Below are positions 41,040 to 49,723 of a stretch of DNA of 64,000 nt, in pieces. This stretch comes from Candidatus Multivoradales bacterium (GTDB lineage Bacteria; Acidobacteriota; Thermoanaerobaculia; Multivoradales; JAHEKO01), in NCBI GenBank assembly GCA_965248055.1, contig CBDFIJ010000004.1, positions 1,600,001-1,664,000 on the forward strand, read 5' to 3'. How positions within the stretch are numbered: the stretch's first letter is position 1; each line of letters opens with the position of its first letter. The notes under the pieces are model-generated. The model was not told where the DNA came from and did no database searches. It saw nothing but the letters and a program-made list of their open reading frames with translations. A program made the translations under genes and the position numbers.

Positions 41040-42292
41040 CGGAACTATTAATCCAAAACATAGCCGAGGTGGCAACCCCGACAGGTTCTGTACCGCGAAC
41101 CGGTGCCGAGCAGGGGCGTATTCAACGGATACCGGAAGCGGAGATCTTGCTCTCGCAGGGGCGTATTTCCTTTGTCGGGGATCGCCAACAGAGAATCGCG
41201 GTACACGGGGAGCTGCCTTCAACTCTGCGGTTGGACGCCACACGCGGAACTGTCGTTCCAGGATGGGTGGACCCTCACACCCATCTACCGTGGTCGGGTT
41301 CCCGGGAACACGAATTCGCCAAACGGTTGCACGGCGCGACCTATCAGGAGATCGCAGAGGCTGGCGGTGGAATCCTCGCCACTGTGCGGGCGACTCGTGA
41401 AGCGACGACCGAAGAACTGGCAATAGCGATGAACCCCCGACTGCACCAGATGTTGCGTTGGGGCACCACCACCGCTGAGGCCAAATCCGGGTACGGACTC
41501 ACCACCAAAGACGAACTCAAACAACTGGAAGCGATCCGGGTCGCCAGCGACAGCCAACCCCTGGACCTAGTACCCACCTTGATGGCAGCTCACGAAGTTC
41601 CACCCGAGTTTCGTGACCGGCCCCAGGACTATCTCGATCTGATAGCAAACGAAATCATTCCAGCAGTGGCCGCCAGCAGCCTGGCTCAATACTGCGATGT
41701 CTTCTGCGAGCACGGAGTGTTCACCGCTGAGCAATCTCTGCAAGTGCTAGAAGCCGGAGTTGAGCATGGCTTGAAACCGCGATTGCACGCCGACGAATTT
41801 GTCGACTCCGGCGGTGCCCGAGTCGCTGCACAGCTTGGAGCCGCCACCGCAGACCACTTGATCGCCGTTTCCGATCAAGGCATCGCCCAGTTGGCAGAGG
41901 CTGGCGTCACCGCAGTCTTGCTACCCGGAACCAGCTTCTTTCTAATGAAGCACCGCTACGCCCCCGCCCGCCGACTGATTGACGCTGGGGTGCCGGTAGC
42001 CCTGGCCACCGACTGCAATCCAGGCTCTTCCAATACCGAGTCGATCCCCGGCGTGATCACCCTCGCGGTTCTGGAAATGGGACTGACAGTAGAAGAAGCG
42101 CTGACTGCCACCACTCTCAACGCCGCCTGCAGCCTGGGGCTGGGAGAAGAGGTCGGTAGCGTGGAAGTCGGCAAGCGAGCTGATCTATTGATTCTTGAGT
42201 CAGCCAATGTATTTCACTTGGCTTACCACTTTGGGATCAACCCGGTTGGCACGGTGATCAAGGGTGGGCAGGTGGTTCACCAACAGACCTAG
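41036..42292 (+). CDS. hutI: Imidazolonepropionase
   Basis: DPHTH, EAKSGYGL, DVFCE, HADE, ADHL, ATDCNPGS. Confidence 0.95.
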   Translation: MTELLIQNIAEVATPTGSVPRTGAEQGRIQRIPEAEILLSQGRISFVGDRQQRIAVHGELPSTLRLDATRGTVVPGWVDPHTHLPWSGSREHEFAKRLHGATYQEIAEAGGGILATVRATREATTEELAIAMNPRLHQMLRWGTTTAEAKSGYGLTTKDELKQLEAIRVASDSQPLDLVPTLMAAHEVPPEFRDRPQDYLDLIANEIIPAVAASSLAQYCDVFCEHGVFTAEQSLQVLEAGVEHGLKPRLHADEFVDSGGARVAAQLGAATADHLIAVSDQGIAQLAEAGVTAVLLPGTSFFLMKHRYAPARRLIDAGVPVALATDCNPGSSNTESIPGVITLAVLEMGLTVEEALTATTLNAACSLGLGEEVGSVEVGKRADLLILESANVFHLAYHFGINPVGTVIKGGQVVHQQT

Positions 42293-42296
42293 CGTG

Positions 42297-43226
42297 ATGA
42301 TGGAAGCAAAGACACCGGTTGAACGAGCTGCTGAGAGCACGCAGGGGCAACCCTCGCTGCTGCTTCCGGAGTGCGACGACAAGCGGATCCAGCAAGCGAC
42401 CCAGGTGGCAGCCGACCTGGGATTCTGTCAGCCGATCTTGTGGACCGCCGATCGGGTTCAAGGGGCGAGAGAGCGAGTGACCGCCCATCTCCAAGAGCGA
42501 CTCCAGGCGCGTGGCAAGAGCCCGGACAAAGCGGCCGAAATGGCGAATACCCCGTCCTACTCTGCTGCGTCAGCAGTGGCCCTGGGGCTGGCCGACGGCG
42601 CAATTATGGGCGCGCAATACACCTCCGGGGAGACCGTCCGAGCAGCGCTCACCGCAGTCGGGCTGAAGACCGGAAATTCAACCTTGAGTTCCTGCTTCTG
42701 GATGCTGCAGGAAGACCAGAATTGGATTTTCGCCGACGCCGCGGTGGTGCCCGACCCCAATCCTGAGCAGCTAGCTCAGATCGCATGTTTGGCCGCCAAC
42801 GCCTGCCGCCGTTACCTCAAACAAGATCCGGTAGTCGCTCTACTGTCGTTTTCCAGCCACGGCAGCGCAAACCACGCCAAAGTAGACAAGGTTCGAGCGG
42901 CAGTTGACCTGTTGCGCAAACAGCCGGTCGATTTCATGTTTGATGGAGAACTGCAACTCGACGCAGCAATCGTCCCCGAGGTCGCGGCCAGCAAGGCTCC
43001 CGAGAGCCCCCTCAAGGGAAGGGCCAACGTCTTGATCTTCCCCGACCTCGATGCCGGAAACATTGGCTACAAGCTGGTGCAGAGGATAGCTGGAGTCCGC
43101 GCGGTCGGCCCTTTGCTGATGGGATTGGCCAAGCCGATGCACGACCTTTCCCGAGGATGCTCGGTGGACGACATCGTCAAGGTCATGGCGGTGACCACTC
43201 TTGATGTGTTCGGAGAACGAAAATGA
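42297..43226 (+). CDS. pta: Phosphate acetyltransferase (short form)
   Basis: LLSFSSHGSA, DGELQLDAA, FPDLDAGNIGYK, DLSRG. Confidence 0.92.
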   Translation: MMEAKTPVERAAESTQGQPSLLLPECDDKRIQQATQVAADLGFCQPILWTADRVQGARERVTAHLQERLQARGKSPDKAAEMANTPSYSAASAVALGLADGAIMGAQYTSGETVRAALTAVGLKTGNSTLSSCFWMLQEDQNWIFADAAVVPDPNPEQLAQIACLAANACRRYLKQDPVVALLSFSSHGSANHAKVDKVRAAVDLLRKQPVDFMFDGELQLDAAIVPEVAASKAPESPLKGRANVLIFPDLDAGNIGYKLVQRIAGVRAVGPLLMGLAKPMHDLSRGCSVDDIVKVMAVTTLDVFGERK

Positions 43227-44485
43227 AGACCTTGGTGGTCGGCAGCGGTGGGCGAGAACACGCCCTGGCGTGGCGACTCGCGCAAAGCGCTTCGGTGCGG
43301 CAGGTTTACTCCACCCCCGGCAACCCCGGGACCGCTGAAGTCGGGACCAATCTGGAAGCTCGCACGATTGCTGAAATCGTCGCCGCGGTTGAGGACTTGG
43401 ATATCGACCTCACCGTGGTCGGGCCGGAGGCTTTGCTGGTTGATGGATTAGTGGATCGTCTTCAAGCCGCCGGTCGATTGGCGTGTGGTCCGGTCGCCAA
43501 GGCCGCAAGATTAGAAGGTAGCAAAGCCTTCGCCAAGAAGTTTATGCAGCAGATGCAAATCCCGACCGCGAACTACCGGGTCGAGAGCGACGAAGCCGGA
43601 GTGTATTCAGCGGTTGCCGAGTTCGGCTGCCCGGTAGTGATCAAGGCTGACGGCTTGGCAGCCGGTAAAGGGGTTGTCATCGTCGAAAACCCAGAAGATC
43701 TAGCCTCTACCGTCAAAATGTTCTTCTCCGAAAATAGATTCGGAGCTAGCGCCGACCAGGTGGTGGTCGAGGAGTTCTTAGCCGGCGAGGAAGTGTCGTT
43801 TATCGCCCTTTGTGACGGGACTAGAGCGGTGCCCTGGGCCGCAAGCAAGGACTATAAGCGGGTCAATGAAGGCGACCTAGGGCCGAACACCGGAGGTATG
43901 GGAGCTCACAGTCCCGACGGATTCTTATCTGAAAGTCAAAGTCACTTGGTCATGGATCAGGTCATGCAACCGGTGTTGGCGGCAATGACTGACGCGGGTT
44001 CTCCGTTTCGCGGATTTCTCTACGCGGGCCTAATCCTCACCGACAACGGCCCCAAAGTACTGGAATTCAACGTCAGGCTTGGTGATCCGGAAGCTCAGCC
44101 CTTGCTTTTGCGCATGGTTGGGGATCTAGGCGAGGTCTTGTCTGCGGCGGCGTGCGGTAACTTGGACTCAACCAGCGTCCAGTTTTCGACCGAGGCCGCT
44201 GGCTGCGTGGTTCTTGCCGCCCACGGTTACCCCGACAGCCCGCGATCCGGGGATCCGATCGGTGGCTTGGCCGAGGCCCGCGAAACCGGGGCGGTGGTCT
44301 TTCACGCCGGCACTCGGCTGGATCAACAGCGTCTTCAAACATCTGGGGGCCGCGTTCTCAATGTCTGCGCCACCGCACCCGATATCCACCAAGCCTTGGA
44401 CCAAGCCTATCGAGCTGCCGAGCTGATTCAGTTTGAAGGCAAACATTACCGACGCGACCTAGGGGCTCGGGTCAGCAAATCGTGA
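43223..44485 (+). CDS. purD: Phosphoribosylamine-glycine ligase
   Basis: GSGGREHAL, KADGLAAGKGV, GPNTGGMG, EFNVRLGDPE. Confidence 0.97.
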   Translation: MKTLVVGSGGREHALAWRLAQSASVRQVYSTPGNPGTAEVGTNLEARTIAEIVAAVEDLDIDLTVVGPEALLVDGLVDRLQAAGRLACGPVAKAARLEGSKAFAKKFMQQMQIPTANYRVESDEAGVYSAVAEFGCPVVIKADGLAAGKGVVIVENPEDLASTVKMFFSENRFGASADQVVVEEFLAGEEVSFIALCDGTRAVPWAASKDYKRVNEGDLGPNTGGMGAHSPDGFLSESQSHLVMDQVMQPVLAAMTDAGSPFRGFLYAGLILTDNGPKVLEFNVRLGDPEAQPLLLRMVGDLGEVLSAAACGNLDSTSVQFSTEAAGCVVLAAHGYPDSPRSGDPIGGLAEARETGAVVFHAGTRLDQQRLQTSGGRVLNVCATAPDIHQALDQAYRAAELIQFEGKHYRRDLGARVSKS

Positions 44486-44527
44486 GCCACTGCCGTTTTG
44501 GACCGAGTGCGATCGAGACAGCCTTGC

Positions 44528-44556
44528 TTGACGCCTAGCCAGGGGTGCGGAACAAT
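44528..44556 (+). promoter_or_regulatory. Putative sigma70 promoter for ricT-hfq-pdxA
   Basis: TTGACG-17 nt-AACAAT. Confidence 0.55.
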
Positions 44557-44620
44557 TCCTTCGGTCCATGTTTCTTGGTGAGAAAACCGATTGGGCACAA
44601 GATGCCTGAGGGACACTTAG

Positions 44621-45340
44621 ATGAGTGATTGCAGCGGATGCTCGTTTGTCGGTAGTTCAACTGCGCTGGAAAACGCCTTTGTTGGCGTCCGGTTCCGGGA
44701 CGAACCCCAGTTGACCCTGTGCTCTAGCGGTGAAGAAATCTACCATCGAGGCTCCACTGTGATTGTCGACTTGGGAACCGATCATGCTTGTGGCACCGTC
44801 GAACAGTCACCAATGCCGGTGTTCAAGCCTTGCCACAAATCCTCCGCACGGCCGATTCTGCGAGCCACCACGTCAGAAGATCGGTCGGCGTACGACCGTC
44901 AACTCAATAACGAAGACACCATCCACCGCTACGCGCGTGAACAGGTGCGCATTCTCAAGCTCGAGATGAAAGCTTCTAAGATCGAGTGCGATCTGCAAGG
45001 CAAAATGGCGACCGTCTATTTCACCTCGGATGATCGTGTGGATTTCCGCGGATTTGTGTCAAGAATTGTAGAACGCTTCAAATTACGCGTTCATATGCAA
45101 CAATTAGGGCCACGGGACGAGGCCAAGCTAATCGGAGGAATTGGTACTTGCGGTCGGACCCTGTGTTGCTCGTCTTGGATGAAGGGTTTTCGACCGATCT
45201 CGATACGCATGGCAAAAAGACAAGGGCTCAGTCTCAACCCGTCCAAAATCTCCGGTCAATGTGGTCGGCTCTTGTGCTGTCTGTCCCACGAGAATAATCA
45301 GTACCCGTCGACCAAGAAGAGGGCTGGCGTCACCGCGTAG
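44621..45340 (+). CDS. ricT: PSP1/RicT (YaaT) Fe-S protein
   Basis: RVDFR, RDEAK, GTCGRTLCC, KISGQCGRLLCCL. Confidence 0.9.
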   Translation: MSDCSGCSFVGSSTALENAFVGVRFRDEPQLTLCSSGEEIYHRGSTVIVDLGTDHACGTVEQSPMPVFKPCHKSSARPILRATTSEDRSAYDRQLNNEDTIHRYAREQVRILKLEMKASKIECDLQGKMATVYFTSDDRVDFRGFVSRIVERFKLRVHMQQLGPRDEAKLIGGIGTCGRTLCCSSWMKGFRPISIRMAKRQGLSLNPSKISGQCGRLLCCLSHENNQYPSTKKRAGVTA

Positions 45341-45357
45341 CAAGAGAGGAATATTCG

Positions 45358-45675
45358 ATGGCAACCAGAAAACTCATAAGACCCGACACTTCCGAAATTC
45401 GGCGCGACGCTGGACGCTCGGTACGCCGCAAGCAAGCACCTCCAGAGCAAACTAACGCCGAAGAGTTCTACTACCTCAAGCAGATGGCTGCTCAGACCCC
45501 CATGGTGTTGGTTCTCGATGATGGCGAGGAGCTGGTTGGATCGATCGAGTGGTACGACAAGAACTCACTCAAACTAAACCGCAACAAAGCACCTAATCTC
45601 ATTCTATTCAAAAAGAACATCCGCTACATGTTCAAGGAAGAGGAGCGGAAACGAAACCGCCAGCGCACCCGCTAA
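45358..45675 (+). CDS. Atypical Hfq/Sm-fold RNA-binding protein
   Basis: LVLDDGEELVGSIEWYD (Sm1-like), LILFKKNIRY (Sm2-like). Confidence 0.7.
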   Translation: MATRKLIRPDTSEIRRDAGRSVRRKQAPPEQTNAEEFYYLKQMAAQTPMVLVLDDGEELVGSIEWYDKNSLKLNRNKAPNLILFKKNIRYMFKEEERKRNRQRTR

Positions 45676-46709
45676 TCGCGATCACCCACGGTGACCCAGC
45701 TGGAGTAGGCCCAGAGGTCGCCCTACAGGCAATGTTCTCCAGTCAGTCGGAAACCCGACTGCTACTGGTAACGGAGCACTCGGTGGTTGATTTTTGGCGA
45801 CAACGCCACCCGGAATGGCCGTGGCGTCGCCTGCAATGGTTGGCAGACCCCAGTGAGGTGATCGAACCCGGTCAGATCGGTATCGTTGATCTGGGTATCT
45901 CTGATCTGGCTACTACTGATCTGGGCGCTCTCGATCCAAACACCTCGAATCTGGACACCACCGGCTTGACAATGGTGCCAGGAGTGCCTTCAACTGCTGG
46001 AGCGGCCAGCGCTTTGCGAGCGATTCAAGCGGCTTCTACCTGGGCGCTGTCTGCGGTGGTCGACGGAATCGTCACCGCGCCGGTTTCCAAGATCGCGATC
46101 GCCAAAGCCATTGACCCCACCTTTCGTGGACATACCGACTACCTTGCCCAAGCTGCTGGCTTGGAGGGCTACGGCCAAGACTACCTGATGGCGTTTCTCG
46201 CCGAAGACCTCAACGTCGTACTACACAGTGTACACTTGCCCCTGCGTCAAGCATTTGACTCGATCACCACAGATTCCATCGTCCGGGGACTGCGCTGCCT
46301 GGACCGCCATCGACCCAAGTCACGGATCGCCGTTGCCGGGGTCAATCCCCATGCTGGAGAGCAAGGGCTATTGGGGTTGGAGGATCAAGAAATCGTGGCA
46401 CCGGCGGTGCAGCAGGCGACGCAGCTTGGAATCAACGTTTCAGGCCCCCACAGCCCGGACTCGCTATTCGCTCGAGCCCGAAGCGGCGAATTTGATTGGG
46501 TCTATGCGTTGTATCACGATCAGGGGCTGATTGCGGTCAAAACCATCGGCTTCGGAAATGCCACCAATTGGACTCTGGGACTACCCTATGTTCGCGTTTC
46601 GGTAGACCACGGCACCGCTTATGACATCGCGGGAAAAGGCGTCGCAGACTTCGCACCGATGCAGCGGGCACTGGCCACCGCTACACAGTTGCTCGAAGAG
46701 CGAAAATAG
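45651..46709 (+). CDS. pdxA: PdxA/PdxA2 dehydrogenase (inferred ACG start)
   Basis: IAITHGDPAGVGPE lies upstream of the first ATG; GHT, NPHAGE, YHDQG, VDHGTAYDIAGKG. Confidence 0.9.
   Translation, partial: TKPPAHPLIAITHGDPAGVGPEVALQAMFSSQSETRLLLVTEHSVVDFWRQRHPEWPWRRLQWLADPSEVIEPGQIGIVDLGISDLATTDLGALDPNTSNLDTTGLTMVPGVPSTAGAASALRAIQAASTWALSAVVDGIVTAPVSKIAIAKAIDPTFRGHTDYLAQAAGLEGYGQDYLMAFLAEDLNVVLHSVHLPLRQAFDSITTDSIVRGLRCLDRHRPKSRIAVAGVNPHAGEQGLLGLEDQEIVAPAVQQATQLGINVSGPHSPDSLFARARSGEFDWVYALYHDQGLIAVKTIGFGNATNWTLGLPYVRVSVDHGTAYDIAGKGVADFAPMQRALATATQLLEERK
45873..45962 (+). repeat. Degenerate 15-bp in-frame tandem repeat in pdxA
   Basis: GATCTGGGTATCTCT-GATCTGGCTACTACT-GATCTGGGCGCTCTC-GATCCAAACACCTCG-AATCTGGACACCACC. 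Confidence 0.8.
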
Positions 46710-46823
46710 CAAGAATCTGGTCGGAAATCTCCACCCCTCCGACTGCTAAACTGACCCTGGGCCGTCTCGCGGGACCGTCTCGCAGACGGTCCCCTGAACT
46801 CTTTCTCGGAATCGGCTTTCATT

Positions 46824-48101
46824 ATGCTCGCTCGCGACCATCTCCGCTCAAATAACGACCAACTGCGACAAGGTCTAAGCGCACGAGGGTTCGACCTGGA
46901 ACTCTTAGACCAATGGATCGATCAAGATCGCCAACGACGACAACTCTTAGTGCAGGTTGAGGAGGCCAAACAACAGCGAAACACCGCCAGCAAGGCGATT
47001 GGAATCCGCAAGCAACAGGGGCAAGACGCAGACGCCGAGATTGCCCAAGTGGGAGCGCTCAAGACAGAAATCTCGGCGATCGAAGAGAAACTCAGCAACC
47101 TTACTGACATTTTGGGTGATGCCGAGCTTTCCTTCCCCAATCTGACCCACGACAGTGTTCCCGTTGGGGTTGACGAATCCGACAACCGAGTGGAACGAAC
47201 TGTCGGTGATCTGACTCAGCTGGAGTTCGAAGCGCAAGCGCACTGGGATTTGGGAACCCAACTGGGAATCCTGGACTTTGAGCGCGCAGCCAAAATCTCT
47301 GGCGCCCGTTTCGTGGTCTATATGGGGGCCGGTGCGCTTCTGGAGCGAGCTCTAATTCAGTTCATGCTCGACGTGCAAACTCGGGAACACGGCTACACCG
47401 AAGTGATTCCACCGTTCATGGTCAATAGCAAGGCGCTGGTTGGCACCGGCCAATTGCCGAAGTTTGGCGAAGATCTGTTTCATATCGATGGTGGTCGTTT
47501 TCACCTGGTGCCGACCGCGGAAGTTCCGCTCACCAACCTGCACGCTCGAGAGGTTCTGAATCACGCGGACCTACCGATTCGCTATACCGCCTACACCCCG
47601 TGTTTTCGGGCCGAGGCTGGCTCCTATGGCAAAGACGTTCGCGGACTGATTCGTCTGCATCAGTTCAACAAGGTGGAGTTGGTCGCAATCACCGACGCAG
47701 ACTCAAGCTATGCGATGCACGAGACTTTGACCTCCCACGCGGAGTCCATCCTGCAACGGTTGGACCTTCCCTATCGGGTCGTGACTCTGTCCACGGGTGA
47801 CACGGGGTTTTCCGCCGCTAAGACCTACGACCTGGAGGTTTGGTTGCCAGGACAGAACGCCTATCGCGAGATCTCTTCCTGCAGCAACTGTGAGGCTTTT
47901 CAGGCGCGTAGAGCCGGCATTCGCTATCGAGACCCGAACGGCAGCAACCGCTACGCCCACACCTTAAATGGCTCTGGCCTAGCGGTCGGGCGCACCGTCG
48001 TTGGCATCCTTGAGAACTACCAGCAAGCCGACGGATCGATCGCGGTTCCAAAGGTCTTGCAGCCGTACATGGGCGGCTTGGAGAAGATCACCGGTCGCTA
48101 G
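46824..48101 (+). CDS. serS: Serine-tRNA ligase
   Basis: [41 protein letters not shown]. Confidence 0.98.
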   Translation: MLARDHLRSNNDQLRQGLSARGFDLELLDQWIDQDRQRRQLLVQVEEAKQQRNTASKAIGIRKQQGQDADAEIAQVGALKTEISAIEEKLSNLTDILGDAELSFPNLTHDSVPVGVDESDNRVERTVGDLTQLEFEAQAHWDLGTQLGILDFERAAKISGARFVVYMGAGALLERALIQFMLDVQTREHGYTEVIPPFMVNSKALVGTGQLPKFGEDLFHIDGGRFHLVPTAEVPLTNLHAREVLNHADLPIRYTAYTPCFRAEAGSYGKDVRGLIRLHQFNKVELVAITDADSSYAMHETLTSHAESILQRLDLPYRVVTLSTGDTGFSAAKTYDLEVWLPGQNAYREISSCSNCEAFQARRAGIRYRDPNGSNRYAHTLNGSGLAVGRTVVGILENYQQADGSIAVPKVLQPYMGGLEKITGR

Positions 48102-48110
48102 CCGCTTGAG

Positions 48111-49685
48111 TCAGTCGGGCAACGCCTCAACCGCTGCCATTTCTGCCCGCAATTCGCGCTTCAAGATCTTGCCGGTGGCACTCAGCGGCAACTGATCCCT
48201 CACTTCCACTCGGCGGGGATATTTGTAGGCGGCCAATCGATCTCGGCACCATGTAATGAGTTGACTTGGCTGCACAGCGATACCGTTCTTGGCGTCGCCG
48301 CTCTTGGCCACCACCAGGGCCACGATTTCCTCTCCCAGACGCGGATCGGGGACCCCGATGACCGCCGCCAGTGAAACCTCGGGATGCTCCAGCAACACTT
48401 CCTCGATCTCGCGCGGATAGACGTTGAATCCACCGCGTATGATCATGTCCTTGGTTCGATCGACGATATAAAAGTAGCCATCTTGGTCCATCCAACCGAC
48501 ATCGCCGGTGTGAAACCATCCACCGCGCAAGGCTTCAGCATTGGCTTCTGGCCGCCGATAGTAGCCCTTCATCACATTGGAGCCACGAATCACGACTTCT
48601 CCGGTTTCCCCAGCCGCCACTGGTTGATCCTCGTCGTTCACGATCTGCATCTCAACCCCAGCAATCGGTGTCCCCACGCTACCCGGCTTTCTCTCTTTGT
48701 CCAGATGATTGAAACTGGCCACCGGAGCGGTCTCTGAAAGCCCGTATCCTTCCAAGATCGGAACTTCAAAACGCTCTTCGAACTCCTTAAGCACAGCCAA
48801 CGGCAACGAAGCACCACCCGAGAGACACAGCCGTAGACCAGAGCGCAACACCTGATCTTTGGACGGATCCTTTGCGGTCTGCAGCAACCCCCAGTACATC
48901 GTCGGAACCCCACCGAAAACTGTCACCTGATATCGACACATTGCGTCGATGGCTGCCTGGGGTTCAAACCGAGCCTCAAGAACCAAGGCTGCCCCAGACA
49001 CCATCCCACTGTTCATCAGCACCGACTGACCGAACGAATGAAACAACGGCAACGGAACGTAGACCACGTCCTCGGTGGTGAAACGACACATTGAGGCGGT
49101 CGCTTCGGCATTGCTCAGCAAATTGCCATGACTCAGCTCAGCGCCCTTGGGTCTGCCAGTGGTTCCTGAAGTGTAAAGAATGACCGCCGTGTCCTGAGGA
49201 TCGATCTCCGGGTAGTCAACAGTGCCGACCCCAGAAATCAACCCATCAATCAAGGCGGTGCCTTGCGGAAACGGATCGCGGCTGCCGATACCAATCAACA
49301 GGTCGCACTGCGCCACTTGGTCAAACCCCGCGGTCGCCTCGACCCCCATCGGCAACTCTTGAGAACCGGAGAAACACAACAGGGCTCGCGCCTCAGAATC
49401 CTGCAGATGGTAGGCAACCTCCCGGCGCTTGAGCAAGATATTCAGCGGCACCACCACTGAACCCGCTTTCAAGATCCCGAAATAGGCGACCGGAAACACT
49501 GGCAAGTTGGGACACATCAACGCGACCTTGTCCCCCGCCTCAATCCCCCGCTCAATCAGCGCACTAGCCAGATAATCCGAAGAGCGATCCAACTCATCAA
49601 ACGTCAGAACTCCTGCCGCCACATACACTGCGACTCTATCGGGCCACTGAAAAGCTCCGCTACGAGCAATCGATGCCAAGTCCAA
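48111..49685 (-). CDS. Long-chain fatty acid-CoA ligase
   Basis: YTSGTTGRPKG, GYGLSET, HTGD, GKILK; SD AGGAGG before TTG. Confidence 0.92.
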   Translation of the reverse strand: MDLASIARSGAFQWPDRVAVYVAAGVLTFDELDRSSDYLASALIERGIEAGDKVALMCPNLPVFPVAYFGILKAGSVVVPLNILLKRREVAYHLQDSEARALLCFSGSQELPMGVEATAGFDQVAQCDLLIGIGSRDPFPQGTALIDGLISGVGTVDYPEIDPQDTAVILYTSGTTGRPKGAELSHGNLLSNAEATASMCRFTTEDVVYVPLPLFHSFGQSVLMNSGMVSGAALVLEARFEPQAAIDAMCRYQVTVFGGVPTMYWGLLQTAKDPSKDQVLRSGLRLCLSGGASLPLAVLKEFEERFEVPILEGYGLSETAPVASFNHLDKERKPGSVGTPIAGVEMQIVNDEDQPVAAGETGEVVIRGSNVMKGYYRRPEANAEALRGGWFHTGDVGWMDQDGYFYIVDRTKDMIIRGGFNVYPREIEEVLLEHPEVSLAAVIGVPDPRLGEEIVALVVAKSGDAKNGIAVQPSQLITWCRDRLAAYKYPRRVEVRDQLPLSATGKILKRELRAEMAAVEALPD

Positions 49686-49723
49686 CGTCGGGCCTCCTTA
49701 GAACAAAAGCAAGTGTACCGCTC

